Positions 1-10,152 of a stretch of DNA of 64,000 nt are shown piece after piece (position 1 is the first letter of the stretch; the number at the start of each line of letters is the position of its first letter). The translations under genes were made by a program, and so were the position numbers. The notes under the pieces are model-generated. The model was not told where the DNA came from, did not search any database, and saw nothing but the letters and a program-made list of their open reading frames with translations. This DNA is from a virus: IMG/VR virus record IMGVR_UViG_3300009506_000014, positions 1-64,000 of that record; one strand, given 5' to 3'.

Positions 1-250
1 GAGTCACCAAGTATAAGTCCAAGTGCTTCGGAGTCACCAAGTATAAGTCCAAGTGCTTCGGAGTCACCAAGTATAAGTCCAAGTGCATCTGAGTCACCTT
101 CAGTGTCTCCTTCGGCTTCGGAGTCACCAAGTGTGAGTCCGAGTGTGTCTGAATCTCCAAGTATCTCACCGTCAGCTTCGGAGTCACCCTCGATATCACC
201 AAGTGTGTCTGAATCTCCGAGCTTAAGTCCAAGTTCATCTGCGTCACCCT
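1..250 (+). repeat. 30-bp tandem repeat encoding ESPS[IV]SPS[AV]S
   Basis: gagtcaccaagtataagtccaagtgcttcg at 1-30 and 31-60, with degenerate in-register copies to about 250; changes are mostly synonymous or conservative. Confidence 0.95.
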
Positions 251-333
251 CATTGCCATTTTTAATTGTTATTTTAGTGGAGAGAGGATTTTTGCGTGGG
301 GCGTCACGTGGTTTAATGAGAGGGGCTGCTTAA
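1..333 (+). CDS. Ser/Pro-rich repeat protein, 3' part (begins upstream of window); probably virion-associated
   Basis: Frame 1 is open from base 1 (ESPSISPSAS repeats) to TAA at 331-333, which overlaps the next ATG; lies in the structural module. Confidence 0.75.
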   Translation, partial: ESPSISPSASESPSISPSASESPSISPSASESPSVSPSASESPSVSPSVSESPSISPSASESPSISPSVSESPSLSPSSSASPSLPFLIVILVERGFLRGASRGLMRGAA

Positions 334-1379
334 TGAGTTTATTTCAAAGACAATATAATGATGAGTGCAAAATAGTATTTCCATTAGTCACAGCAGGGGA
401 TACCGATTTTGATAAAACACCTGTAACATTTGAAGTGGGTGACATACAAATATCAAAAGATGGTGGAGCATTTGCCAACACTGTGAATTTGCCTACTTAT
501 TTGGGAAGTGGATTATATGTGCTTGTCCTTACAGCTATAGAAAGAATATGTGCTTTCTCGACTGTCACTATTATAGACCAATCTGGCTCTAAGTGGGAAG
601 ACCAAGCTTTGATGATACAAACTGCTCCAGTGACAGCTTTAATAAAAACCATTACATTTCCATTGATAGAGTATGGACAGTCATCATATAATCAAAATCC
701 AGCAACATTTGAAGTGGGTGACATACAAATATCAAAAGATGGTGGAGCATTTGCCAACACTGTGAATTTGCCTACTTATATTGGCAATGGTGTTTACAAA
801 CTTGTCCTCACCACTGAAGAGCGTAATTGTGAGTGGAATGTCATTGCTATCATAGACCAATCTGCTCCACAGTGGGAAGACCAAGCTGTCACAATAGAGC
901 CTATGACAATCGTTGCTTCATATCCAACTACAAGTGACGCCTTTGCTCATACCCCTGCTCAGATATTGGCAACATATTTACAGACATTGGGTTCTGTCAC
1001 TGCTCCAAGTGTCGGGGGAAGCTGGCCTATATTTGTAAGTTCATTACCGGATGGTAAGGATGTCCCGGCGAATGCTGCATGTCTCTTTGATACAGCCCCG
1101 GTGAAAGAGGGACGTTTAATGGCAGGGGCGGTCATTTTGAAATATGGAGTGGAGTTATTTTTGAGAAGTAGTGACTTATCTACAGGATGGCAGAAAATAA
1201 ATGCTTTAGCTCTTGACATAGATGCCATTAAGAGAACGCAGGTCACAGTGGAGTCGAATGATTACAGAATAAATAATGTTGTAAGGATAGGCAGTATTGC
1301 TTGTCTTGGTCAAGAAGAAGAGACACGGCGGTATGTCTTCAGTTTGAATCTGTTAGTAACAATGAAAGAATTAGTTTAA
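333..1379 (+). CDS. Putative tail terminator/'minor capsid' protein with a duplicated N-terminal domain
   Basis: Directly upstream of the tail tube gene; C-terminal ~150 aa resembles tail-completion proteins (…CLGQEEETRRYVFSLN); N-terminal 93-aa domain occurs twice. Confidence 0.55.
   Translation: MSLFQRQYNDECKIVFPLVTAGDTDFDKTPVTFEVGDIQISKDGGAFANTVNLPTYLGSGLYVLVLTAIERICAFSTVTIIDQSGSKWEDQALMIQTAPVTALIKTITFPLIEYGQSSYNQNPATFEVGDIQISKDGGAFANTVNLPTYIGNGVYKLVLTTEERNCEWNVIAIIDQSAPQWEDQAVTIEPMTIVASYPTTSDAFAHTPAQILATYLQTLGSVTAPSVGGSWPIFVSSLPDGKDVPANAACLFDTAPVKEGRLMAGAVILKYGVELFLRSSDLSTGWQKINALALDIDAIKRTQVTVESNDYRINNVVRIGSIACLGQEEETRRYVFSLNLLVTMKELV
425..779 (+). repeat. Identical 76-bp direct repeat (425-500 and 704-779)
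   Basis: aacatttgaagtgggtgac…gaatttgcctacttat twice, 279 bp (93 codons) apart. Confidence 0.95.
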
Positions 1380-1388
1380 TGAAAGGAA

Positions 1389-1838
1389 ATGTCTATGGCA
1401 AGTGAAAGAATTGATGATGGTTTTTCTACGACTATCGCCTTCGCTGCTTTGGCAAGTGGGACGTCACTTCTCTTTTGGGAAAAAGAAGTGACTCCCCCCG
1501 GTGTTCAGGGTGGTGGTGAGAACGACACTACAACCATGAGGAACAGTGTGTGGAGAACCAAAGCTCCGAAGCAATTGAAAACCATGTCGCCGATGTCCTT
1601 TGTAGCAAGTTATGACCCATCTGTGTATGACCAGATATTGACATTGATTCAGGTTAATACACAAATAACAGTGACATTTGCCGATGGCTCGACACTGGTA
1701 TTTTGGGGATGGCTTGACGAGTTCACACCTGGGCCGTCAACTGAAGGTGAACAACCTACAGCGACATGTACAATTATTCCGAGCAATCAGAATAGTTCCA
1801 AGGTGGAGACAGCCCCGGTGTTGACCCCGGCTGCATAG
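1389..1838 (+). CDS. Major tail (tube) protein
   Basis: 149 aa, beta-rich, followed by chaperones and tape measure; RBS GAAAGGA. Confidence 0.8.
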   Translation: MSMASERIDDGFSTTIAFAALASGTSLLFWEKEVTPPGVQGGGENDTTTMRNSVWRTKAPKQLKTMSPMSFVASYDPSVYDQILTLIQVNTQITVTFADGSTLVFWGWLDEFTPGPSTEGEQPTATCTIIPSNQNSSKVETAPVLTPAA

Positions 1839-1858
1839 TCACGTGAAAAACCGGACAA

Positions 1859-1932
1859 CGCTGATTTTAGCCCTGAAAATGCTCAGGGCGGTATCAAACA
1901 CCCTTCAGGGTGTTTTCGGGGCTGAATCAGCG
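1859..1932 (+). promoter_or_regulatory. Long intergenic stem-loop between tail tube and chaperone genes
   Basis: cgctgattttagccctgaaaa pairs with ttttcggggctgaatcagcg; alternative inner hairpin aaacaccc-ttca-gggtgttt. Confidence 0.6.
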
Positions 1933-1989
1933 GCGTATTAGCTGGAATCGTAATGAATAGAGCAGAATAAAATGGAAAGGAATGTCAAA

Positions 1990-2442
1990 ATGAGTAAAAA
2001 CAATGGAATAATGGAATTTTCTCTTGTATTAGAGGAAAGAAAAGTCAAGATGTCCGACAAAAATGGTGACGTTAGGGTTTACACAATCCGAGAGCTTGAT
2101 GGTCTAAAGCGTGACAAATATATGAACAAGATGAAAGAAGTCACGATTGTTGAAAAAGGTGAAGTCATTGGATTTAAGACTTTTGAAGGACTTCAATCTT
2201 CTCTTTTATCAGCATGTTTCTATGATGAAGATGACAAGCTTGTTAGTGAAGCCATCATTCAAGCATTTCCATCAAGAGTTTTGGGCCAACTGTACGAGAT
2301 AGCTCAAAAGCTGAGCGGTCTTGAAATAAAAGAACAAAAAGTCAAGTGCCCGGAGTGTGGACATAAGTTTATTCCTAAGAAAAAGGATAAAGAAGAAGGT
2401 AAGGATAAAGAAGAAGGTGACGATGAATCAAAAAACGATTGA
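1990..2442 (+). CDS. Tail assembly chaperone (gpG-like) with CxxC zinc-ribbon insert
   Basis: Between tube and tape measure genes; start taken at ATG 1990 after GAAAGGA; CPECGH motif. Confidence 0.8.
   Translation: MSKNNGIMEFSLVLEERKVKMSDKNGDVRVYTIRELDGLKRDKYMNKMKEVTIVEKGEVIGFKTFEGLQSSLLSACFYDEDDKLVSEAIIQAFPSRVLGQLYEIAQKLSGLEIKEQKVKCPECGHKFIPKKKDKEEGKDKEEGDDESKND
2430..2436 (+). promoter_or_regulatory. -1 programmed frameshift slippery site A AAA AAC
   Basis: tca aaa aac gat tga; a -1 shift reads K-K-R-L-T-G-E-R into the 2439-2777 ORF, the classic gpG/gpGT arrangement. Confidence 0.8.
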
Positions 2443-2777
2443 CAGGGGAACGCTATCAGTGGTTTCGATTGGCTGATAGATTAAAGTGCCCCGTCCAGTT
2501 GTTACAGTTTTATACGTCATCGAAAGATTTTAACGATTGGCAAGTTTATATGGACATGGAAGTTAATGACTTCCATCGTGAAGACCATTATCTTGCACAG
2601 ATAGCAGCTTGTGTATTGAATGCAATACCAAGCAAGAATAAAAAGGTAATTGGAATTGATGACATGCTCATTAAGTTTGTAAAAGAAGAAAAAGAAAAGA
2701 AGCTCAAAGGCAGGGACAAAATGAATGCTGCCAAGCGTTTCTTTATAATGGGTGTGGGATTGAAATCTAAAGGATGA
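2439..2777 (+). CDS. Tail assembly chaperone frameshift extension (gpT-like)
   Basis: Only a weak TTG start; reached by -1 frameshift; precedes tape measure. Confidence 0.75.
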   Translation: MTGERYQWFRLADRLKCPVQLLQFYTSSKDFNDWQVYMDMEVNDFHREDHYLAQIAACVLNAIPSKNKKVIGIDDMLIKFVKEEKEKKLKGRDKMNAAKRFFIMGVGLKSKG

Positions 2778-2781
2778 CATA

Positions 2782-5514
2782 ATGTTTGGATTAAGCCTTG
2801 GTAATTTGTGGGTGCATCTTGGAATGGATGCGTCACAGTATGAAGCTCAAATGAAAAAGTTTGAGAAGTCACTTCAAACGTCTGCCCGGCGTATGGAGTC
2901 ATTCGGCAGAAGCATGACTATGAAGGTGACCGCTCCTATAATTGGTCTTGGTGCAGCCGGTGTCGCTTCGTTTGCAAAGTTTGACGATGCAATGACAAAG
3001 TCAACTGCTATAATGATGGACATCACACCAAGGATGCGAAAAGAAATGGAGAAGACAGCAAGGCAGATATCCGGGAATTCTGTCAAGTCAGCAACCGAGC
3101 TTGCAAAAGCTTATTTCTATCTCGCTTCGGCGGGACTTAATGCACAGCAAAGTCTCGAAGCTCTACCAGTAGTGGAAGCGTTTGCAGTGGCAGGAGCATT
3201 CGATATGTCACGAGCTACAGACTTATTGACAGATGCTCAATCGGCTTTGGGATTGACAGTAAAAGATTCAGCACAGAACATGAAGAACATGACAAAGGTT
3301 GGGGACGCTCTTATTGCTGCCAATACTCTTGCCAATGCAACGACCGAACAATTTTCGGCAGCATTGACAACTGAAGCAGGTGCAGCAATGAAGCAATATA
3401 ATATTGACTTGAATGAGGGTGTCTCTATCCTTGCTGCTTATGCTGACCAAGGTATAAAAGCTGAACATGCTGGCTCATTATTCGGCAGGATGTTACGATT
3501 GACAATCAAGGGATTTAATGACAATCGACAGGCATGGAGACAGTTTGGTGTGACAATTGAAGACACAGAAAAGAAAAGACTACGACCGCTCGCTGATATT
3601 ATCAGGGAAATGACAGTTAGATTAAAAGACCTGTCACCTACTCAGAAAGCAGCCACACTTGAAATGCTTGGTTTTCAGGCAAGGTCACAACAAGCAATTC
3701 TGCCATTATTGGGATTGGGTGACAGAATAGCCGAGTATCAGGAGAAGCTTGAAGGTCTTCAGGGTGTCATGGCAAAACTCCGAGAGCTTCAGATGCAATC
3801 CTTTTTATCAAAGATGAAAGCGGTATGGAATCAGGTTGTCAATATGGCTGAGTCAATAGGCCGTCTTCTTGCTCCGCGTGTAGAGAAGTTTGGGACACTC
3901 CTTAGTTGGATAACAGAACAATGGGAAAAGATGAGTGAACCTACGCAAAGACTTATTGTTGACATGGCGTTGCTTGCCGCTTCCATTGGCCCTATGGCTC
4001 TTGTGATGAGCAAATTGACATTAGGAGCGTTTGCATTAGCCAAGGGACTTATGGCTTCAGCCGGGGCTGCTGGTATTTTACAAGTGACTCTTGGAAGTGT
4101 AGTAGCTGCTATTGCTGGATATAAAATAGGGACATACCTTGAAGACCAGTTTAAGTGGATATCGTTTGCCGGGACTTTTGCTATAGAATTAATAATGAAA
4201 TCTTGGCTATCAATGAAGTACACGTTTCAATCTGTCATTCTACATATCAAAATAAGTTGGGGCAAGTTTGTTGCATGGTTGAAGGACACAACAGCCGACG
4301 CCATCTTGAAAATATCTGATGGTTTGGAAAGATTGGAAAAGGTGACAGGTAAGGATTTAGGACATGGCCCTCTTCTTATAATGGCTCATGGTATGAAGCA
4401 GGAAGCAGCTTCGGCAAAAGCACAGGTAGAGGATGTGACAAAGGATTTGGAGAATATGAAAAAAGATATGGAAGAGCAAGTCTCTACTTACTCAAAGGCT
4501 TTTGATGAGGCGTATATAGAAATAGACCAAAAGTTTCTAAATAAAAAGAACCAACAAAGTAAAATGGAAGTCCCACAACTTGTTGGGGTGAAAGAAGCAT
4601 TGGAGAAACAGAGAAAAGCCCTTGAAGACCAATTGCGGTTGATGGCTGAGCAAGGGAAAATATTAAGTGACAATCAACAGGCTGTTCAGGATATGCTTGA
4701 TACATTGGATGCCGAAAAAGAATTGATAGGCAAAACGAATGACGAACGTAAAAGAGCAGTAAAGCTTATCGAATTCAAAAAGGCTGTATCAAAGTTATAT
4801 GCTGAAGATACGAAAGAATATTATGATATGGTGACTCAATATGAGCAAAAACTTTTGGAGATAGGAGAGCTTCAAAGAAAAGCTGATAGATGGGAGTCAC
4901 TTAAGCGGTGGGCTGAGGAAGCCGCCGATGTCTATGGCAATATGATGGACTTGGCGGCACAGACGCTTGAAAATCTGTCCGATGAGCTTACAGATTTCTT
5001 TATGACAGGACAGGCTAATTGGAGAGAGTTTGGACGTGTGGCTCTGAGGGAATTGACAAAGATATTTATAAAGATGGCAATGATTAAAATGCTTGAAGGG
5101 GCTATGGGTGCAGGTAGTTGGTTAGGTTCGTTGATGGGCAAAGGTGGGACACAGCAAGTAGGTGTCCCTATGGGCACATACCAGAACACAACCTATGCAG
5201 CTTTGGGCAGGGCATTCAGTCAGGGTCGTGTTGTCCCTATGGCTCTTGGTGGCATATTCGATTCACCAGCGTTTGTCCCTATGGCGAATGATAGATATGC
5301 TCATGTTGCTGAGAAAAAACCTGAAGCGTTTGTCCCGCTCGAAAGGAATTCCCAAGGGAAGCTCAGTGTCAATACAACTGGGGCAAATCCGCCACCAGTT
5401 GTCAATGTTAAGAATTATAATATCTTTGACAAATCAGAAATTGTAGGAGCAATGGACTCCCGCGAAGGTGAACATGTCATTCTCAATGTATTGAAAAGGA
5501 CAGGAGTAATATAA
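2782..5514 (+). CDS. Tail tape measure protein
   Basis: 910 aa, Ala-rich helical TP901-type core (…LASAGLNAQQSLEALP…), hydrophobic middle, coiled coil. Confidence 0.95.
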   Translation: MFGLSLGNLWVHLGMDASQYEAQMKKFEKSLQTSARRMESFGRSMTMKVTAPIIGLGAAGVASFAKFDDAMTKSTAIMMDITPRMRKEMEKTARQISGNSVKSATELAKAYFYLASAGLNAQQSLEALPVVEAFAVAGAFDMSRATDLLTDAQSALGLTVKDSAQNMKNMTKVGDALIAANTLANATTEQFSAALTTEAGAAMKQYNIDLNEGVSILAAYADQGIKAEHAGSLFGRMLRLTIKGFNDNRQAWRQFGVTIEDTEKKRLRPLADIIREMTVRLKDLSPTQKAATLEMLGFQARSQQAILPLLGLGDRIAEYQEKLEGLQGVMAKLRELQMQSFLSKMKAVWNQVVNMAESIGRLLAPRVEKFGTLLSWITEQWEKMSEPTQRLIVDMALLAASIGPMALVMSKLTLGAFALAKGLMASAGAAGILQVTLGSVVAAIAGYKIGTYLEDQFKWISFAGTFAIELIMKSWLSMKYTFQSVILHIKISWGKFVAWLKDTTADAILKISDGLERLEKVTGKDLGHGPLLIMAHGMKQEAASAKAQVEDVTKDLENMKKDMEEQVSTYSKAFDEAYIEIDQKFLNKKNQQSKMEVPQLVGVKEALEKQRKALEDQLRLMAEQGKILSDNQQAVQDMLDTLDAEKELIGKTNDERKRAVKLIEFKKAVSKLYAEDTKEYYDMVTQYEQKLLEIGELQRKADRWESLKRWAEEAADVYGNMMDLAAQTLENLSDELTDFFMTGQANWREFGRVALRELTKIFIKMAMIKMLEGAMGAGSWLGSLMGKGGTQQVGVPMGTYQNTTYAALGRAFSQGRVVPMALGGIFDSPAFVPMANDRYAHVAEKKPEAFVPLERNSQGKLSVNTTGANPPPVVNVKNYNIFDKSEIVGAMDSREGEHVILNVLKRTGVI

Positions 5515-6527
5515 TGGCTTATGAAATAGGAACAGCAAGTGACTATAAAGATTTGCTGAATCGTCTGAGATTGTTTTTAGTTGACCCAACGAGAGCAGTT
5601 GCTTCAGCAGGGACAGGTATTGATGAAATTGACCCTATGCCCTCAAACGAAGTTTGGACAGTTAAAAGCTTCGATACCAACTATGACAGTGACAATGGTT
5701 ACGAATTAATTCTTCAGGGACAAGGTGTTAATAACAGTGAAGAGATTTATGTTGGTATTCAAACATATTACAATTCAGGTGACGATTATTATAATTGGCG
5801 TTTGCAAGGCTATACAGGTTATTCAGCTTTGGCAGATTTTGACACACAGCCGGGGGCAATGACAGATGCCCCTAATTATAATCCAAAAGTGTGTCTCTGG
5901 AATAGCACAATTCCTTACTGGTTTATTGGTAATGGACGGCGGTTTGCAATGATAGCGAAAGTCTCCACTGTTTATGAATGTCTCTATATGGGATTTTTGC
6001 TGCCTTATGGAATACCAAATCAAATTCCTTATCCACTTGCTATAGGTGGCTCTTCGGTTGGTTATGAATCTGATGCTAAAAGATGGTCAGGACTTGCTTA
6101 TGAGCATAGGAATTATTATGATACGTCACATGATGGTGGAAGCAGGTCTTGTTTCCGTATTCTTAATAATGCCACTTGGCTTGATGTCTATAACTATTTG
6201 AACACTGACATAGCTGGTTCTTCCGTCAGTCCAGTGGGAACGTGGCCTTATTATCATAGTCCCTATACAACGACAGGGTATCCTTGGAATGTGTGGTGGG
6301 AATTAATACAGCAAAATATTGATGGTAGCTATCCTCTGTTCCCGGTTGTCATTCATGGTTCGTCACCTGAGATAAATATTTACGGAGAGTTACAAGGAAT
6401 TTATGCTTTACCGGGACATGGTTTGGCTGCTGAGGATGTAATACAGATTGATGGTGTCAATTATGTAGTGGCACAGAATGTCCACAGGACGGACACGCAC
6501 GTATATATGGCAATGAAATTGGAGTAA
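5514..6527 (+). CDS. Virion structural protein (YuA/phiJL001-like tail module)
   Basis: MAYEIGTA start, aromatic/Gly-rich, directly after tape measure. Confidence 0.7.
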   Translation: MAYEIGTASDYKDLLNRLRLFLVDPTRAVASAGTGIDEIDPMPSNEVWTVKSFDTNYDSDNGYELILQGQGVNNSEEIYVGIQTYYNSGDDYYNWRLQGYTGYSALADFDTQPGAMTDAPNYNPKVCLWNSTIPYWFIGNGRRFAMIAKVSTVYECLYMGFLLPYGIPNQIPYPLAIGGSSVGYESDAKRWSGLAYEHRNYYDTSHDGGSRSCFRILNNATWLDVYNYLNTDIAGSSVSPVGTWPYYHSPYTTTGYPWNVWWELIQQNIDGSYPLFPVVIHGSSPEINIYGELQGIYALPGHGLAAEDVIQIDGVNYVVAQNVHRTDTHVYMAMKLE

Positions 6528-6532
6528 ATAAA

Positions 6533-7612
6533 ATGTCTTATCAAACAGGAACGTCAACAGGCCCGAAGGATTTGTTGGATAAACTCAGGTTGTTTTTAAT
6601 AGCCGATGGCTGGACAGTTAATATGTGGGCAGATGATGACTCTTCGTATGAATCTGGTTGGTCTGGTATAGATGGTGACGGCAAAAGACTTCATGTTCAA
6701 ATGGTTGCTGGTTCTGGTGGCCCTACGATGTATTTCAATTTTCGGGCTGTCACAAGAGGTATTGTTTTTGATGACTATCACACAACATCTGTTCAAGTTG
6801 GGGGTAAATATTATTCTGAGATTACCGGGATTGGAATGTATGGTTCAACTGGTTATAATGGTGGTGAGAATTGGGACAACCAACCGGGACATCCTACGAA
6901 TGGAAGTAGTCAATGTTGGGGTTGTGCCATAACAGAATTATCAACAACCGCCATTCCAGCTTATTACTTCTTCAGTGACGGATATACAGTTGTAGTTGTT
7001 GTTGAATATGAGAGTGGTAAATATCAATGGCTGTGTTTTGGCTGTCTTGAAAAAGCCGGGGCGTATACAGGGGGACAGTTCTTCTTTGGTTCTCTTAGCT
7101 CTGCTGAAGCAACTTATGATATACTTTATGATAGTCCGAATGGGATAGGTATAGGATTCTTGTCACATTATTACACGGCGTCATTATGGAGAGGTCATGG
7201 TGCTGTATATGTTGACATGGATTCATCGGCAGGATGGAGAGCTTTGGGATATGAAGGAAGTGAAGCAACAGGATTTCAAGAGACATTGAGAGTGCCGGGA
7301 TTTTCACCAAGTTATGTAGGTTTGACATCTGGTTATTATAGAAATACTCTTTTGACGAGTATGCTTGTAAGGTCACCAAACTTTTATAATTCTCTTTCTC
7401 CATTTTCCCGGATATATATTTTGGGTAAGAGGTCAAACAATAATTATTCTGTATTAGGACAGCCAAAGAGTCTCCGCATGATTAATCCACAATATTATGA
7501 TGCGGCTGAGGAAGAAGTATTAGGTAGTGACACATGGATGATATTTCCACAACATGATAAAGATAATGATGTAGATGCAAGACAGGGGTTTGCAGTTAAA
7601 AAGGTGACATAA
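6533..7612 (+). CDS. Virion structural protein (paralog-like of the preceding gene)
   Basis: MSYQTGTSTGPKDLLDKLRLFL resembles the N-terminus of 5514-6527 (KDLLNRLRLFL). Confidence 0.7.
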   Translation: MSYQTGTSTGPKDLLDKLRLFLIADGWTVNMWADDDSSYESGWSGIDGDGKRLHVQMVAGSGGPTMYFNFRAVTRGIVFDDYHTTSVQVGGKYYSEITGIGMYGSTGYNGGENWDNQPGHPTNGSSQCWGCAITELSTTAIPAYYFFSDGYTVVVVVEYESGKYQWLCFGCLEKAGAYTGGQFFFGSLSSAEATYDILYDSPNGIGIGFLSHYYTASLWRGHGAVYVDMDSSAGWRALGYEGSEATGFQETLRVPGFSPSYVGLTSGYYRNTLLTSMLVRSPNFYNSLSPFSRIYILGKRSNNNYSVLGQPKSLRMINPQYYDAAEEEVLGSDTWMIFPQHDKDNDVDARQGFAVKKVT

Positions 7613-9294
7613 TGGCAACCTATAATGGAACAGGTGATAATGATTTTTTATGGCCGGATGATGTCCCGGCGTGCTCTGATAGTATCCTTGATAACTCACC
7701 AACATCATTGACATTCAGTGTTCTTGATATAGATGAGATATCGGCGGTTATATCGGGGACAAAGGTAAGTAATCTTCCTGTCACTGAAAGGGAAATGCCA
7801 CAAGAAGGTAGTGAGAGGGGAAGTTTTAGGGATGATTATTATTACCGAATACATGTTGACCCGTTGGTAATTGCGTTTGGTGCTATATTGTCACCTGAGA
7901 ATAGAGAAGTCATTGTATGGAATGCTTGGTTCTCACAAAAGTCATGTACGTCAATTGATGAATCAAATCCTACTGAGTATCAATTGACGGGGGACTCAGC
8001 CCCATTCAATCTTGATGCTCTTGAATTAATAACATACGATATAGATGTCACTGAGGAAGGTTCGTCGGAATTCACAGCAACAATAACTTTTGATTTTGGC
8101 ACAGAGACACCAACAATTACTTTGTCCGGGACACGAGTGATTACTTTCGTTTGGTATCCACTTTTAGCGGTGACAGAAACATTGGAATGGTTGACACAGA
8201 TTATAAAAGGTAAGAGTGGTAAGGAGCAGAGGATTTCAATTCGCAGGATACCGAGACAGGGATTTGAAGTCCCTGTATATTTTGATGATGAGCAGACACA
8301 AGCCAAGTTTGAAGCTGCTTTATTTACATGGCAAAAGAGAATGTGGGGTGTCCCGGTATGGGCTGAGGCTGTAGAGCATTCAGGGACAATTAGTGCTGGT
8401 TCTACTTCGATAACTGTTGACACAACCTTTGCTGATTTTCGTGATGACAGTTTGGCAATTATATATGTGGATGAGGACAATTATGAAGTTGTCAAGATAT
8501 CCACAAAGACGGATAGTTCATTGACTCTTGAAGTTGAAACACAAACTACATTTACTGGTGACAAACTTATAATTCCGCTCAGAGTCGCCAATATGATTAA
8601 GCCAGTGACTATGAGACAGCATCCTGATGGTTTTGCTTATATGGAATGTGATTTTCTTGTCACTATAAATGAGCTTCTTACTGGCTTTGTAGCAGATGAG
8701 ACATATAATGGATTGACAGTTCTGACTGAAGCGACATACGTTGAGCCTGCTGTTGATTATCAATCTGATGCTGACATTCAATTTTCAGACAGTGGTTCTG
8801 GCCCGTTCGATGTATTTTCTGATAGTGACTTTAATGTCTTTACACAGTCACATTTATTTAAGAATTGGACAAAAGAAGAGTGTTGGAATTTCAGATTATT
8901 TTTGCATCATCTATATGGAAGGCAAGTTGCTGTATATAGCCCAACCTTTAAGAAGGACATGGAATTGACACAGACTATAGGAGCAAGTGACGTTAATTTT
9001 AACATTGCTAATATTGGACTCGCTAATAATATGGGTGTCAATAATTTGAGAAAGCACATTGCTTTTATATACCCGGATGGGACAAAGTATTACCGAGAGA
9101 TTACCGGGATTGTGGAATCAGGAAGTGAAGAGATAGTCACCATTAATAGTTCTTTTGGATTTGAAATTAAGGTTGGTGACTGTGAGATTAGTTTCTTAGA
9201 TAAGTATAGACTTGCGAATGACAAGGTTTCTATTAAATGGATAGAGCCTAATCATAATGAATGTCTCTTAAATTTTGTGAGAATTGAAGAATGA
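7612..9294 (+). CDS. Virion structural/tail-tip protein
   Basis: LEWLT…EQRISIRRIPRQ motif typical of distal-tail proteins in this module. Confidence 0.7.
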   Translation: MATYNGTGDNDFLWPDDVPACSDSILDNSPTSLTFSVLDIDEISAVISGTKVSNLPVTEREMPQEGSERGSFRDDYYYRIHVDPLVIAFGAILSPENREVIVWNAWFSQKSCTSIDESNPTEYQLTGDSAPFNLDALELITYDIDVTEEGSSEFTATITFDFGTETPTITLSGTRVITFVWYPLLAVTETLEWLTQIIKGKSGKEQRISIRRIPRQGFEVPVYFDDEQTQAKFEAALFTWQKRMWGVPVWAEAVEHSGTISAGSTSITVDTTFADFRDDSLAIIYVDEDNYEVVKISTKTDSSLTLEVETQTTFTGDKLIIPLRVANMIKPVTMRQHPDGFAYMECDFLVTINELLTGFVADETYNGLTVLTEATYVEPAVDYQSDADIQFSDSGSGPFDVFSDSDFNVFTQSHLFKNWTKEECWNFRLFLHHLYGRQVAVYSPTFKKDMELTQTIGASDVNFNIANIGLANNMGVNNLRKHIAFIYPDGTKYYREITGIVESGSEEIVTINSSFGFEIKVGDCEISFLDKYRLANDKVSIKWIEPNHNECLLNFVRIEE

Positions 9295-10145
9295 GTTATG
9301 ACAGTGACGAAAAATCAGTAGCATCAGGGCAACCTGTGGAGCTTTATTTGATATCGGCAGAAACGGGACAGACATGGAGATATAATACGTCACCAGAAGG
9401 AGTGATAATAAACTATGCAAGTCACGATTACATCCCGGAGAATATTGAGAGACAACAATACAAAATATCTGAAAAGAGTTTTCTTAATGACCTTGAAATT
9501 ATTTTTGGCAGAGATAATGAATTCATTTTGCAGTTTGTCTCCGCTCCAATTGAGGGACGTGTGAATCTGACTGTTATAAGAGGTCATGGCTCTAACTATG
9601 TGACATTCTGGCGTGGACAGATGATATCAATAACATTCGACACGAACGGAAAAGGGAAGTGTAAATTCAGTCCAAATATTTCTTCGATGCCGAGAATAGG
9701 AAAAAGAAGAAGAGTGTCACGTTTATGCAATCATGTTCTTTTCAAAGCCGGGTGCAATTTGAATGACTCTGCTTATAGAGTTCCTGGGACATTGAGTAAT
9801 ATAGACGGACTTGATTTGACATCTTCAGTTTTTAGTGGATATTCAGACGGCTATTTCCAAGGTGGTAAAATATACATAGGGACAGCAAAGAGATTAATAA
9901 CAGCACATACAACAGATACTATAACTATTGATAGGGCTTTCCCTGATGATGTTGTTGCTGGAAGTAACTTTGATGCCTATCCCGGATGTCCTCATACACC
10001 AACTGCTTGTATTGCATACGGGAATATTATAAACTATGGGGGTAATCAACATTTACCCCTTGTCAATCTGTTTGAGAATAGTATTGACTCAATGTCTGGT
10101 TCAAATGAAATAACTGTCATTATGGATGGTATTATTAGAGGATGA
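9291..10145 (+). CDS. BR0599/DUF2163-family tail-tip protein (gpL-like, Cys-liganded)
   Basis: CNHVLFKAGC and YPGCPHTPTAC…NYGG motifs. Confidence 0.8.
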   Translation: MSYDSDEKSVASGQPVELYLISAETGQTWRYNTSPEGVIINYASHDYIPENIERQQYKISEKSFLNDLEIIFGRDNEFILQFVSAPIEGRVNLTVIRGHGSNYVTFWRGQMISITFDTNGKGKCKFSPNISSMPRIGKRRRVSRLCNHVLFKAGCNLNDSAYRVPGTLSNIDGLDLTSSVFSGYSDGYFQGGKIYIGTAKRLITAHTTDTITIDRAFPDDVVAGSNFDAYPGCPHTPTACIAYGNIINYGGNQHLPLVNLFENSIDSMSGSNEITVIMDGIIRG

Positions 10146-10152
10146 CATTAAA

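Noticed and set aside
425-779. Diversity-generating retroelement TR/VR pair
   Set aside because: The copies are identical with no adenine-specific changes, and no reverse transcriptase is in the window.
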